Source of the DNA: Candidatus Altiarchaeota archaeon
Lineage (GTDB): Archaea; Altiarchaeota; Altiarchaeia; IMC4; SCGC-AAA252-I15
Length of the DNA stretch: 64,000 nucleotides
Reading direction: 5' to 3'
Assembly (NCBI GenBank): GCA_043800705.1
Contig: JAZDMS010000001.1
Span: 57,826-121,825 of the forward strand
The translations under genes and the position numbers were made by a program. Positions 49,301 to 57,669 of this stretch are shown here, piece after piece. The notes under the pieces were generated by a model. That model searched no databases, had not been told where the DNA came from, and saw nothing but the letters and a program-made list of their open reading frames with translations. How positions within the stretch are numbered: the first letter of the stretch is position 1; the number at the start of each line of letters is the position of its first letter.

Positions 49301-49921
49301 AGAGACGACCATGGCGCAGCACAGGAGCAGCACATACTTCACTTCATTGGCCTCGGAAACGTAGGTGCCTACCCTCCCTGCCAGGTCATGGTCGCCGGGA
49401 ATGCTCATCAAAGTCCCAGCAGGGTCGATGAGCAGCTGCAACGTCATGGCGTGGTTGGCGTCTATTAGGAGCTGATAGAGGTGCGGAGACATCGGTATGA
49501 GTATGAGGCCGATAACCAGGTTGTGCAGCTGGTTCTTCGCAGATGAGCGCTCCTGGGCGCTGTGCGACACGAAGACCAGCTTGACTGCCGTGTAAAGTAT
49601 CGCGAACACCAGGAACGGCATGATGAGCTGCATGATGATCCCAGACATGGCCAGATACGGGCCGCTACTGACATCCGGCTGGTTGATACTCACGTTCGTC
49701 AGTATCGGTATCAGGACGGTGGTGAAATCGATTATCGTGTAGCCTGCGTAATCCATTATCAGCTTGATCGCGGTCGCTATCAGGGAAAGGGCGATGGCGA
49801 CGAATGTTATTCCTTCGTACGCTGCGGCCGCCATCTGTGGGCTGAAAACCGCTAGGGTCGCAATGGCTGCGGATAAATTCAGAAACACCCGAAATATCCG
49901 GCTCTTCATGGCGTCTTTCAT
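46301..49921 (-). CDS. VirB6/TrbL-like polytopic membrane protein with an about 870-aa Gly/Ala/Lys-rich and acidic tail
   Basis: N-terminal ~335 aa with many TMs; ER..AK..L..L..G..L...S..LYQ..ID and LR....F...MPL...LY.F pattern typical of VirB6-like proteins. Confidence 0.6.
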   Translation of the reverse strand: MKDAMKSRIFRVFLNLSAAIATLAVFSPQMAAAAYEGITFVAIALSLIATAIKLIMDYAGYTIIDFTTVLIPILTNVSINQPDVSSGPYLAMSGIIMQLIMPFLVFAILYTAVKLVFVSHSAQERSSAKNQLHNLVIGLILIPMSPHLYQLLIDANHAMTLQLLIDPAGTLMSIPGDHDLAGRVGTYVSEANEVKYVLLLCCAMVVSILAVTIIFLREMLVIFFGILMPLTIFLYLFDFSKSLGRKFLKYSITWALVPVIMSVWIIVAVVLMNQGMSDVLSNLSFTIVFMSMIVISPLIITGTLETMGAVFTSIGMLTGGAKGASMVAIGQIMQSDSAEGLVMAGLKVGAERFSGALSKATSGGQGGVPGMDGASGTGGGGPAPNLGGFMSGANAEESKGDIKDQLVKLGDESKGGSSLGKGIEAAGKAGGSTIEGGMDAAGEGQKAVGQATDAAGKLGAIPTLGASLAVGTSANTALQASGEATKATGKVLGAAIKMVSKAAGSIANVGMKMGMGLAKKGIQGAGKSLVKGLPNAVQTATKGLEGAAGTAVKASTTAATSGAKAAGGGIGRGLSAAVGKVGKAMEAVSSPSKALFAMADKANAAGKSAKGLKLAAGALNPLRAAGRGLQALAGKLPSGAGKLVGKAGEKLEGASGTVMKKSLKSAGKLGGNLAKGAGKLARDPDQAESSDDNLFAGAAKTLGEANKSKAAKKSQVTGQKEKGAFRKYMEGGGVVGMIGRGVAKADSIQKNYMSLRGLFGYAHRRIGSPLGKAANAIPSIANKRLFEGKGTMSKDANAFTRGLSAHLSRLTVGGSLKGLMTTGAIALGIGMGLSLTPFAALAPAAMALYAGKKLMQGTGVGAGLGQFMKENPNSKAFMQGFSTTGFKATGQALNQLQGAQLGWFIGGKAANMAVRAGTSLAKFTFATLPAMGAKTLMTGGLAPVVATGSALIHAPGRVGALGRGFREFDEAYRGTSTMANKEGATGTEAGKDRQKFFPEMEPEKTGEKAAGTEAGGSPETEGSSKPEAESMPKSTGAGDRQRWLPGMEPKKPAQSPDKDKQRWLPGMEPEEDGKKAEESPANASAAEGTTGSAAPDVKTGSPASAAGETPAEASDSGKKEDKGLKQQWLPGMGSDNLEGASGAGGQGGGFKEPEPAMEADKAKDTDKWQDLMSAMVSSSYTPHRRHKSAGKHMEEMLEDKDETPMQ

Positions 49922-50038
49922 TGATTAAGCCGTTTAATCATGGGGTTTTCCAGTATTATATACTACCTCTACCGTCCCCTGGAATAGTGGCCAAATCACA
50001 AGATTATCCGGTATAATCCAGTGTCGGGCTGGTCGGAT

Positions 50039-53000
50039 TCATTCCTTTCCTTGGAATTTCTTCCAGAATTCGTGGGGGTCAAGGCGCTCGAATAATTGGA
50101 AGCTCATGACCATGAGATACGCGATGATGAGGATCCACATGTTGTCTAGGAGCCAATCGCATGAATCCTCACCGAATTGGGGTGCGATGAACCCTATCCC
50201 CTGCCTGGACTGGTAGAAACCGGAGTCCTTGAGGCATCTCAGGCTCGCCTTTATGCCGTTCCCTGCTATCACCTGGATGTTTAGTATCTGGCCTGCGGAA
50301 TACCAGCCTGTATAGCTGGCATATGGCTGTTCGAATTCGACGTAGACTCCTTCCGTCGTCTTTCCGGCGACGACCTTTATCTGGCAGTCGGTCGTTTCGG
50401 GGCGGGTTGTGTCGCATAGGTCGGATTCCCTGATCTTCGCCTGTATGGTTTCGCCGTTGTTTGTGGAGCCCATATACTCCAGGGTGTACAGTTTCGGCTT
50501 CGGCTTTTCAATGAAGACGGAGAGGCCTCCCGCGCTCGGGTTGCTTATCTGGCTCACGCATGGACTTTGGTTCCCGAACGGGTTGAAGCTGACCTGTTGG
50601 AAGTGGCTGTACAGGGTCAGGTTGGTGGTATTCCACTCGTTGATGGTGGCGGACGGCTCGAAAATCAGCGTGAACGAATTGGGCTCGATCTCCTTCGGAT
50701 TGCATACTTTGACCGGCTGGTACATGCAGACTGCGTCGTCTGCCTTGAACATCACCTGGAATGTGTCCAGCCAGAGTGCATAATACCTGCCCCTCGAACA
50801 GAAGCTCTTGTATTTGCTCGGCGGCCCTTCGCATGAAATCTGTTCCGTCAGCTTCCATATGTTTGACTTGTTGCACATTGCAACGTCCTTTGGGAACAGG
50901 TCTGCGTACCCCTGCATGTATTCGCAGTCGCACATGCCTCCGTTGCAGACAGTATTGGCGATTGCAGAACACATGTCCGGACAGTTTCCGCAGTCGTTGA
51001 TGTCCTGCGCCGCCAACAGCCCCTCGTTGCATGCCGGAGCCTGCCTGACGTAAACATTCTGGAAGGGTTTCGACAACTCCGTCATCTGCGCGTTTCCGAG
51101 GGTGGCGGGATCATAGCCGTAGTATTTGATGTTCGCTTCTATGTTTTCGGGCTTGATATGCAGAGACTCGAAGTCGTAGTAAAGGGGCTCGTTTTCGGCG
51201 AAATTCCGCAACAACGGTATGCTCTCAGACCTCTCGTCGAAGTAGTTTCTGCAGATCTGGTTCGCAAGATCGGCCTGCACGATCGGCGCCCATAGATTGT
51301 ATCTCGTGCCCGAGGCTTGGTAAAGGTCCATGTATGATACATATTTCTTTGCCGGGTTCTGGAGCCACCTGATGTATATGGGCTGCTGCGAATAGAACTT
51401 GTCAAGGTCCGGGATTGACAGGATGCCGTTCTCGTTGTAGTAGCACATCCTGTGCATTCGCATCTGGTAGGTGTTCTCCCTCTGTAGAAGGATGTAGTCC
51501 AGGGGAAGCGTGGATTCAAGTGAATACAGCGTATGGAGCGTCGGATACTGTTTCGTTCGGACGTCCATTATGGAGACGTTCGGTATCATGAACGTCAGTC
51601 CGCTGAACATGTCTATCAGGGGGATGCTCGGGTTCCCCGAGGCCCTACGGATGCTCTCCTCGTCTGCCATCTTGACGGTGATGTATCCCATCGCATAGTC
51701 GTATGCTTCGGGGTCGCCGTATAGCATCCTTCCCCTGACCGTCGTCCTCGTCTCGGCGTTCCCCCTGGTGAGGGGGTTTTCGACGCGAAGATGGTTTCCG
51801 AATTCCTTGGCCTTTACAACCGATGTGTCGTTGATCTGCTCATACGCCTTCTCCTCGTCTCCCGAGTCTGCGTTCGGCTTGGTAAGCGGGTACCAATCCG
51901 TCTGGCCTTCGAAGTGCCAGCAGCCCCAACAGGAGTACATGCAGTCGCAGTCGTCGTAATATTGGTCATATCCGTTTGTGTCAGGTATCCCGTCTTGGCC
52001 TGGCAGGCCGGTTTCCGCATCGATGCAGTCGTCGTATGTGCAGCCTCCGCACTGGTACAGGTATCGTTTTCCCGTCCCCATCGGGCCGCATCCTTGTAAT
52101 ATGGGTCTCCAATCGGTTCTGAGGCAGCAGTTGGGCGGGCTTCCGGCATCATGGTCTGTAGTCTCAGTAGTCCATACGCCGCAGTGAAGCTGTTCCCTGG
52201 TCCTCTGGTAGTGGTATACCTCCTCCTCGAGCCTGCTGCAGCCGCGCCATGTGCATTGCTTTAGGTACATGGTCCTGATTATCTGGTTTTCGACGGTATA
52301 GTTCATTTCGACCTTTATGTATCTTGTTCCACCGCCTATGGCGAAGTCGAGGGTGTTCTCCTTCAATAGCGTGTACGGCCTCGGCGGCATCGACGTTATG
52401 TCGTTGTTTCTGTCGTCTCCCACCTTCTCATGGGGTGTGGTCTGGATAATCTGGTGGTTTTCATCGTATTCGTAGACTATGTAGTCGAACCAGCTTCTTG
52501 GAGAATCCTCGTAGTATCTGGGATAGTATCCGCCGACGTTCTCCACCTCCTTCCTCTGTATCCGACCGCACAGTTCGGGGACGAATTCGTCGGCCTCCAC
52601 GTAGTCGAAGTTGGGGTCTACGGGGGTAGAATTGGTTATTGCGTAGTAGTTGGGGGGGTTCGCACTAGCCCAGCCTCCACAGCTGTCGCCGTCTCCGTTG
52701 AATCCTCCATGGCCTGTTCCAACGCAGTTGCATTTGTGGTCTGTCTCGGGGTCTCCGATGCTGAATGGCGCCGGGTATTCGCCGCGTACGCAGCTCGTTT
52801 GATCCATGACATTGCATCCGGCTCCGTCGATTTTGATTCCGTCCGCCCTATCCTTTAATCCGTCCATGGCCCTGCCGCAGTTGCAGTTCTTCTCTGCGCA
52901 TTCTGATAAACCCCCGAAATCGTTTTTGAAAGGCCTGATTGTGGTGTCTCTGCCGTCGAATGGACCGTTGCAGGCCTGAACCCAATATGCTGGTTGGTAG

Positions 53001-53776
53001 TTGTCTCCGAGGTTCCTTGCCTCGAACCATATGGGGCTTGGAGGCGGCTTATACAGGATCGACAGCCTGCAGGCTCCGCAGTTGTTGTTGTCGCACCATC
53101 TGATCTCGTCGCCTTGTCCCATGTTCCTCTGGTCATAAGGCCAGATATTGTAGGGTATTTGCGGGTTATTGAATGCCGCAGCTTCGGGCCCGTTAGGTAT
53201 CATCTGTCCGCCTAGGGAGTGAAGTTTTACATCTCCGCTGCGCGTCCATGAGGCGTACCACGGGGCTGAATTGTTGTAGGCCATGCATTCCTTTCCTGTC
53301 CATATCTCCGTCCCTTCCTTGCAGCAGGCGGTCTCCCATTTTGATGTGCTGAAATAGCTCTGCGCGCAAGCGAGCCCGTTCTCGCATTCGTTGACGGGCT
53401 GGTCGTCCCGTGTCTCATTCCTGCACGGGCCTTCGGCGTGTCCGCACAGGTTGCCGGTCTCCCTTATCTTCTCCTCGCAGTATCCGACTTCTACGCAGCA
53501 GTCGTCGCCGCCCATGCCCATCGAGGCGTCGGTCGGCTCCATGGCCCTCCTATCCTGCATCTCGACTAATCTGACTGCTTCGTCTTCTGGCATGCAGCAC
53601 CTGTGTGTCAGATCGAATTCGTAGCCGACCGGGCAGCAGTGGTTCGGCAGGGGGTAATCGTCGCATACGGCCGAGACAAACAGCGGGATGATTACTAAGA
53701 GTGAAAAAGCCGCTAGCAACGGCTTCCCCCACGTGAACAATCCGTTTGCCCTATTTTGGTGTGCGTCTGTGACCAT
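50039..53776 (-). CDS. Large (1245 aa) Cys-rich exported protein with C-terminal TM
   Basis: Signal peptide; CCP.G and many Cys pairs; WILIIAYLMV TM. Confidence 0.75.
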   Translation of the reverse strand: MVTDAHQNRANGLFTWGKPLLAAFSLLVIIPLFVSAVCDDYPLPNHCCPVGYEFDLTHRCCMPEDEAVRLVEMQDRRAMEPTDASMGMGGDDCCVEVGYCEEKIRETGNLCGHAEGPCRNETRDDQPVNECENGLACAQSYFSTSKWETACCKEGTEIWTGKECMAYNNSAPWYASWTRSGDVKLHSLGGQMIPNGPEAAAFNNPQIPYNIWPYDQRNMGQGDEIRWCDNNNCGACRLSILYKPPPSPIWFEARNLGDNYQPAYWVQACNGPFDGRDTTIRPFKNDFGGLSECAEKNCNCGRAMDGLKDRADGIKIDGAGCNVMDQTSCVRGEYPAPFSIGDPETDHKCNCVGTGHGGFNGDGDSCGGWASANPPNYYAITNSTPVDPNFDYVEADEFVPELCGRIQRKEVENVGGYYPRYYEDSPRSWFDYIVYEYDENHQIIQTTPHEKVGDDRNNDITSMPPRPYTLLKENTLDFAIGGGTRYIKVEMNYTVENQIIRTMYLKQCTWRGCSRLEEEVYHYQRTREQLHCGVWTTETTDHDAGSPPNCCLRTDWRPILQGCGPMGTGKRYLYQCGGCTYDDCIDAETGLPGQDGIPDTNGYDQYYDDCDCMYSCWGCWHFEGQTDWYPLTKPNADSGDEEKAYEQINDTSVVKAKEFGNHLRVENPLTRGNAETRTTVRGRMLYGDPEAYDYAMGYITVKMADEESIRRASGNPSIPLIDMFSGLTFMIPNVSIMDVRTKQYPTLHTLYSLESTLPLDYILLQRENTYQMRMHRMCYYNENGILSIPDLDKFYSQQPIYIRWLQNPAKKYVSYMDLYQASGTRYNLWAPIVQADLANQICRNYFDERSESIPLLRNFAENEPLYYDFESLHIKPENIEANIKYYGYDPATLGNAQMTELSKPFQNVYVRQAPACNEGLLAAQDINDCGNCPDMCSAIANTVCNGGMCDCEYMQGYADLFPKDVAMCNKSNIWKLTEQISCEGPPSKYKSFCSRGRYYALWLDTFQVMFKADDAVCMYQPVKVCNPKEIEPNSFTLIFEPSATINEWNTTNLTLYSHFQQVSFNPFGNQSPCVSQISNPSAGGLSVFIEKPKPKLYTLEYMGSTNNGETIQAKIRESDLCDTTRPETTDCQIKVVAGKTTEGVYVEFEQPYASYTGWYSAGQILNIQVIAGNGIKASLRCLKDSGFYQSRQGIGFIAPQFGEDSCDWLLDNMWILIIAYLMVMSFQLFERLDPHEFWKKFQGKE

Positions 53777-53795
53777 TCGTTTACTCCTTCCTATT

Positions 53796-54686
53796 TTAAC
53801 CTACGGGTTTATTATCCGTTGTTTGTAATCTCCCGTTTATTGTGTTTTTTAGGGGTATTGTTCGCCCTATTAACCTGGACAGTATACTGCTTTCGTTTTT
53901 CGGGACGATTTCTCCGTTTTCGCTAAGATACAGCATGCATTCTTCGAATCCCTTCTTGATGCAATTCGCGCATTTTTCATAGAGCCAAGAGCCGCCCCAC
54001 TGGCTGTCTTTAAGGCGTGCACAATACTTCGGATCGCCGATGATGACTGCATAGCAGTAGCCATTCATCGATTTCTCTGTAATCTTCGCACAATCTGAGG
54101 ACTTTCTATTCCTGTCATTGAAAAAATAATTCAGCCTGCAGAGGCTGCTGGGGTATGATGGGCCCCCCTGTGGAAGCCTATCACATTGGGTGGGGTCTGC
54201 GCGTATAACGGCAACCTCTGAAGCGCATTTCACGTAATGAACTAATTCATCCTCATAATCTTTGAACAAATCGCAGGCTTTCGGGTCAACCTTGGCGGCG
54301 TAACTTGAGATGCAATATGCGCTATCCTCCTTGTTATCGATTTTCTCGCATATTTGGGTTTTACCTTCATCTATGGCCATTTTTGTCAGGCATTCGGCGG
54401 CTGATGAACCGCTCAAACCGGGGCAATATTCTAAAGCAGCGTCTATTGGTGCCGTCTTGTTTGAAATCGTGGGTTTTTCCAGTGTGCTTCCCCCCCCTTC
54501 GGATGTTGTCGTGCTTTCCAAAGGGGATGTTATATTGTGATCTATCAGATTTTCATTAGGCCTCGGCCTTTCAGTCACTGCATCAAAGAGGATGGCAAAT
54601 AACACCACAAGAAGTGCCAGGATAGTCCCGATTATCCACTTGTTCTTTAGGAATTCTTCCAGCGGTATCGTCTCACTCCCCGTCAT
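53796..54686 (-). CDS. Membrane-anchored protein with two-Cys helical repeats
   Basis: N-terminal TM, T-rich linker, C..I......C...A....D...C repeats. Confidence 0.7.
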   Translation of the reverse strand: MTGSETIPLEEFLKNKWIIGTILALLVVLFAILFDAVTERPRPNENLIDHNITSPLESTTTSEGGGSTLEKPTISNKTAPIDAALEYCPGLSGSSAAECLTKMAIDEGKTQICEKIDNKEDSAYCISSYAAKVDPKACDLFKDYEDELVHYVKCASEVAVIRADPTQCDRLPQGGPSYPSSLCRLNYFFNDRNRKSSDCAKITEKSMNGYCYAVIIGDPKYCARLKDSQWGGSWLYEKCANCIKKGFEECMLYLSENGEIVPKNESSILSRLIGRTIPLKNTINGRLQTTDNKPVG

Positions 54687-54746
54687 TTCCTTCTCCTTGA
54701 TACGTACTTTTATTTTCGATGTTTGTGAAAACCCTACCGTATGCCC

Positions 54747-57668
54747 CTATAATAGGCTGATTCCATCGCATGAGTCTGCGAATGTAAGGCCCCATTCGAC
54801 TACAGTGAAGCCCCTCCGTTCCGCCTTTGCAATATGGGGCTCAGGGATGTCCTCCGGAGCATCCAGCGGCGTGATGACAAGATTGACCCTAATGACGGTG
54901 TCCGGCTCGGGTTCGACCTCCAGTGCCACTATCCTGTCCAGCTGTTCCTGCCGGATCTGTGTTATCTTATAGTATCTGCCGGTGTTTAGCATCGGAACCC
55001 AGTATTCGGTGAAATCTCCGGTCTCCTTCCCGTTTAGTCCGAGCATCGGGAGGTATTTCCTGAACCAGTCACCGACGTCCTCTCTCCGCACGACCCATCC
55101 GGCTTCCTCCTGACCGAAGTCCAGGTCGGATTCCGCCTCGTAGAACAGGTAGTCGAATTCCCCGTCTATCCGTCCGCCGGGTTCGACGTTCACCCTCCAT
55201 CCATTTCCGTACGGCGGGTCGGAGACCACGATCCCACCCCCTTCGACGGAGAGCGTGACGTTGACCTGGGAGGATTCGCCGGGGTAAAGATAGATCGCCG
55301 GCTTGCCGTAGCAATAGCAGCCGTTGCACTCATTGTCGAGGCCGCCGCCCATCGAACCCATGGTGCAATATCCGTGATAGGCAGGCGGGACGGAGCAGCT
55401 TCCCGTGCACTGGCCGAACGTATCCTCCACGCACGGATCGGGGGCGGGCAGGCATGCGCACGGCCCCAGGTCCCTTTCCGTATACGCGCACGTGTAACCG
55501 GCCGGGCAGGTTCCTCCGCATTCGCCGCACAGGAAGCCCCAATTGGGCTCCTGGCATCTAAATGTGTACCTGCGGCCGCATGGTTGGGCATCGCAGGACT
55601 CCCCTAGCAGAGTCGTCGACGTCGTTGAAGTCGGTTGTGGGCAATTTGCGCTTCCCGTGGGGTTGGCGTCCGAGCAGTGCTGATTGAGGTCGTCTGCGAG
55701 GTTCAAGGGATATTTCAGGACTGCGCATTCCTCGTCCTGCACGCATCCCTTCTCAGCGATCCCGAACATGTAATTGCCGTCGGGTTTTGTACCGTAGAAG
55801 TTTTCAGGATACCATCCCGCGAGGTCCGTGTCGAATTCGTCCCATTTCGTGTCATCTGCCGGTACTCTTTTCTCCACCGGGCAATCCATAACAAGCTGGC
55901 TGCATTCGTGGCTGAGTTTGAACCTGCAGCATGATTCGGTGTTCGCGGCGTTCGCCCAATAGTACGTGCCTATCGGGCAGCAGTGTTTGTTCAGATCGGG
56001 TGTCGAAAGGAAACCTGTGCATGACATGCCCGAGATGCATTCGTCTTCGTTAGCGCAGGGTGCGCCGATTTCCTTGGTGCCTGGAAGACCCGTCTGGCAT
56101 TCGTATTTGCCTTTGCTGCCTGAGATGCATTGATCCGAGACGTCTGGGAGCCTGTCGTCGAAGGGCATGCCGACGAACGTCGTGTCGAGTTCGGGGGTGA
56201 TGCCCAGTATGAACGCGAATAGGCTGTGGACGTTCGGCTGCCTGTAGTACCTGAGGTCGTATGTGAAGCATTCATCTGGGCATACCGGGTGGTCTATGTT
56301 GTGGGCCAGGTCGTTGACGTCGTATATGAAGTCGAATCCCTTCTCGCATGATCTGCACGGGTCGTGCTGCCTTGAGATCGGGCGGTCATACTGGTCTCGC
56401 TGCGGATTGGCAAGGTCTATCGCCTCGATGCATGTGTTGGGGTCGTTTTTTGATTCGTTACTGCAATACCCGTACCTTGTTCCCAGGAATTCCGTGTCAG
56501 TGGCGTTTCTTATCCAGTAGCGGTCCCTTACGAAATCGTCGTCCACCCCTCCGAGGACGTGCGGCATGGTCCCCCAATATCTTCTGTTTGGGGCTGTAAA
56601 TGGCGGGATCGCCAATTCGACGTCGTCGTTCAGGTTAGCGCCTGACTGGTTGCTCCTCGGATAGTCGGTGTAGTTGAAGAATCCGGTCTTGTAGGCCGGC
56701 ATTTCGATCCGTGAGCCGCCAAAACCGCACCATCCCCCATCTAGGGCGTTTCCACCCAGGTCGGTTGGGTCGCACGCCCAACAGCAGAATGTGTCCGGGC
56801 TTCTTGGGTCCGATTGGCATCTGCCCCCTCCTCCAGCGCAATTATCCGTGGCTTGATCGAAGCTGTCGCACGTGTCGCAGCCTCCGTGCTCCCCGCCGGT
56901 GCAGGCATAGACGTCCTTGCTGTCAAGGTAGCATACGTTATCTCCCCAGAATTTGTAGCATATAACATCGGTTCCACCGGTATTGCATGTCGTGTTGTAG
57001 CAGTTCCCCAGGCTTGCGTTCGAGTTGTCGCATGGGCAGATCTCATGCCTCATCTGCTCGCATTTCGTCCACCTGCAGTTAAACGTGGTGTTGGAGTTGT
57101 TCTTGCATGGCATCAACCATGTCTGCCAGTTTATATCCCCCCCCAGGGGGGATCTATGGTCTATTTGCAGCCAATGCGGCTTGCCCCTCCATCTGGCCTC
57201 CTTGATGAAGTAGGCGGTTATGTTGGTCTGGATGGATTCGATAGAGTCGTTGATCAGCGACCAGTCGGGCCTTCCGCTCTCCATGTCTATCTTCGTGTCC
57301 CAGACGCTGTCGTTCCTTCGAAACAGGGGGTTGAGCCTGGCCTTTTCGTCGTCGATGTCCAGATATCCGTAATAGTCTGCCTTCTTGCCCGTGTAGCCGC
57401 AGGATATGTTATAGGCCGATGCGATGGCCGCTCCAAGGCTGCATGCTATGTCTCCCATCTCGCATTCGGCGCATCCCCAAATCCTTTGCGTCGCGCCGGC
57501 GTTCCACCAGTTGAGCTGGTCCATGTAGACCTTTTTTTCCAGCAATGCGATGTTCCTTCCGTTCGCATAGGTGACAAAGAGGAATAAGAGGGAAAATGCA
57601 AGCACAAGCATTTTCGCGATCCTCAGCCCTTGGCGTGCATTGATGCAGTTCGTCGTCTTGGATTCCAT
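54747..57668 (-). CDS. Cys-rich exported protein with C-terminal KPxIYLYP...VVEWG domain
   Basis: Signal peptide; Cys-rich core; KPAIYLYP, YLFYE, DFTEYW.P, RRGFTVVEWG. Confidence 0.75.
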   Translation of the reverse strand: MESKTTNCINARQGLRIAKMLVLAFSLLFLFVTYANGRNIALLEKKVYMDQLNWWNAGATQRIWGCAECEMGDIACSLGAAIASAYNISCGYTGKKADYYGYLDIDDEKARLNPLFRRNDSVWDTKIDMESGRPDWSLINDSIESIQTNITAYFIKEARWRGKPHWLQIDHRSPLGGDINWQTWLMPCKNNSNTTFNCRWTKCEQMRHEICPCDNSNASLGNCYNTTCNTGGTDVICYKFWGDNVCYLDSKDVYACTGGEHGGCDTCDSFDQATDNCAGGGGRCQSDPRSPDTFCCWACDPTDLGGNALDGGWCGFGGSRIEMPAYKTGFFNYTDYPRSNQSGANLNDDVELAIPPFTAPNRRYWGTMPHVLGGVDDDFVRDRYWIRNATDTEFLGTRYGYCSNESKNDPNTCIEAIDLANPQRDQYDRPISRQHDPCRSCEKGFDFIYDVNDLAHNIDHPVCPDECFTYDLRYYRQPNVHSLFAFILGITPELDTTFVGMPFDDRLPDVSDQCISGSKGKYECQTGLPGTKEIGAPCANEDECISGMSCTGFLSTPDLNKHCCPIGTYYWANAANTESCCRFKLSHECSQLVMDCPVEKRVPADDTKWDEFDTDLAGWYPENFYGTKPDGNYMFGIAEKGCVQDEECAVLKYPLNLADDLNQHCSDANPTGSANCPQPTSTTSTTLLGESCDAQPCGRRYTFRCQEPNWGFLCGECGGTCPAGYTCAYTERDLGPCACLPAPDPCVEDTFGQCTGSCSVPPAYHGYCTMGSMGGGLDNECNGCYCYGKPAIYLYPGESSQVNVTLSVEGGGIVVSDPPYGNGWRVNVEPGGRIDGEFDYLFYEAESDLDFGQEEAGWVVRREDVGDWFRKYLPMLGLNGKETGDFTEYWVPMLNTGRYYKITQIRQEQLDRIVALEVEPEPDTVIRVNLVITPLDAPEDIPEPHIAKAERRGFTVVEWGLTFADSCDGISLL

Positions 57669-57669
57669 T

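Noticed and set aside
46398-49364. Long plus-strand ORFs opposite the VirB6-like gene
   Set aside because: Antisense shadows of Gly/Ala-rich codons
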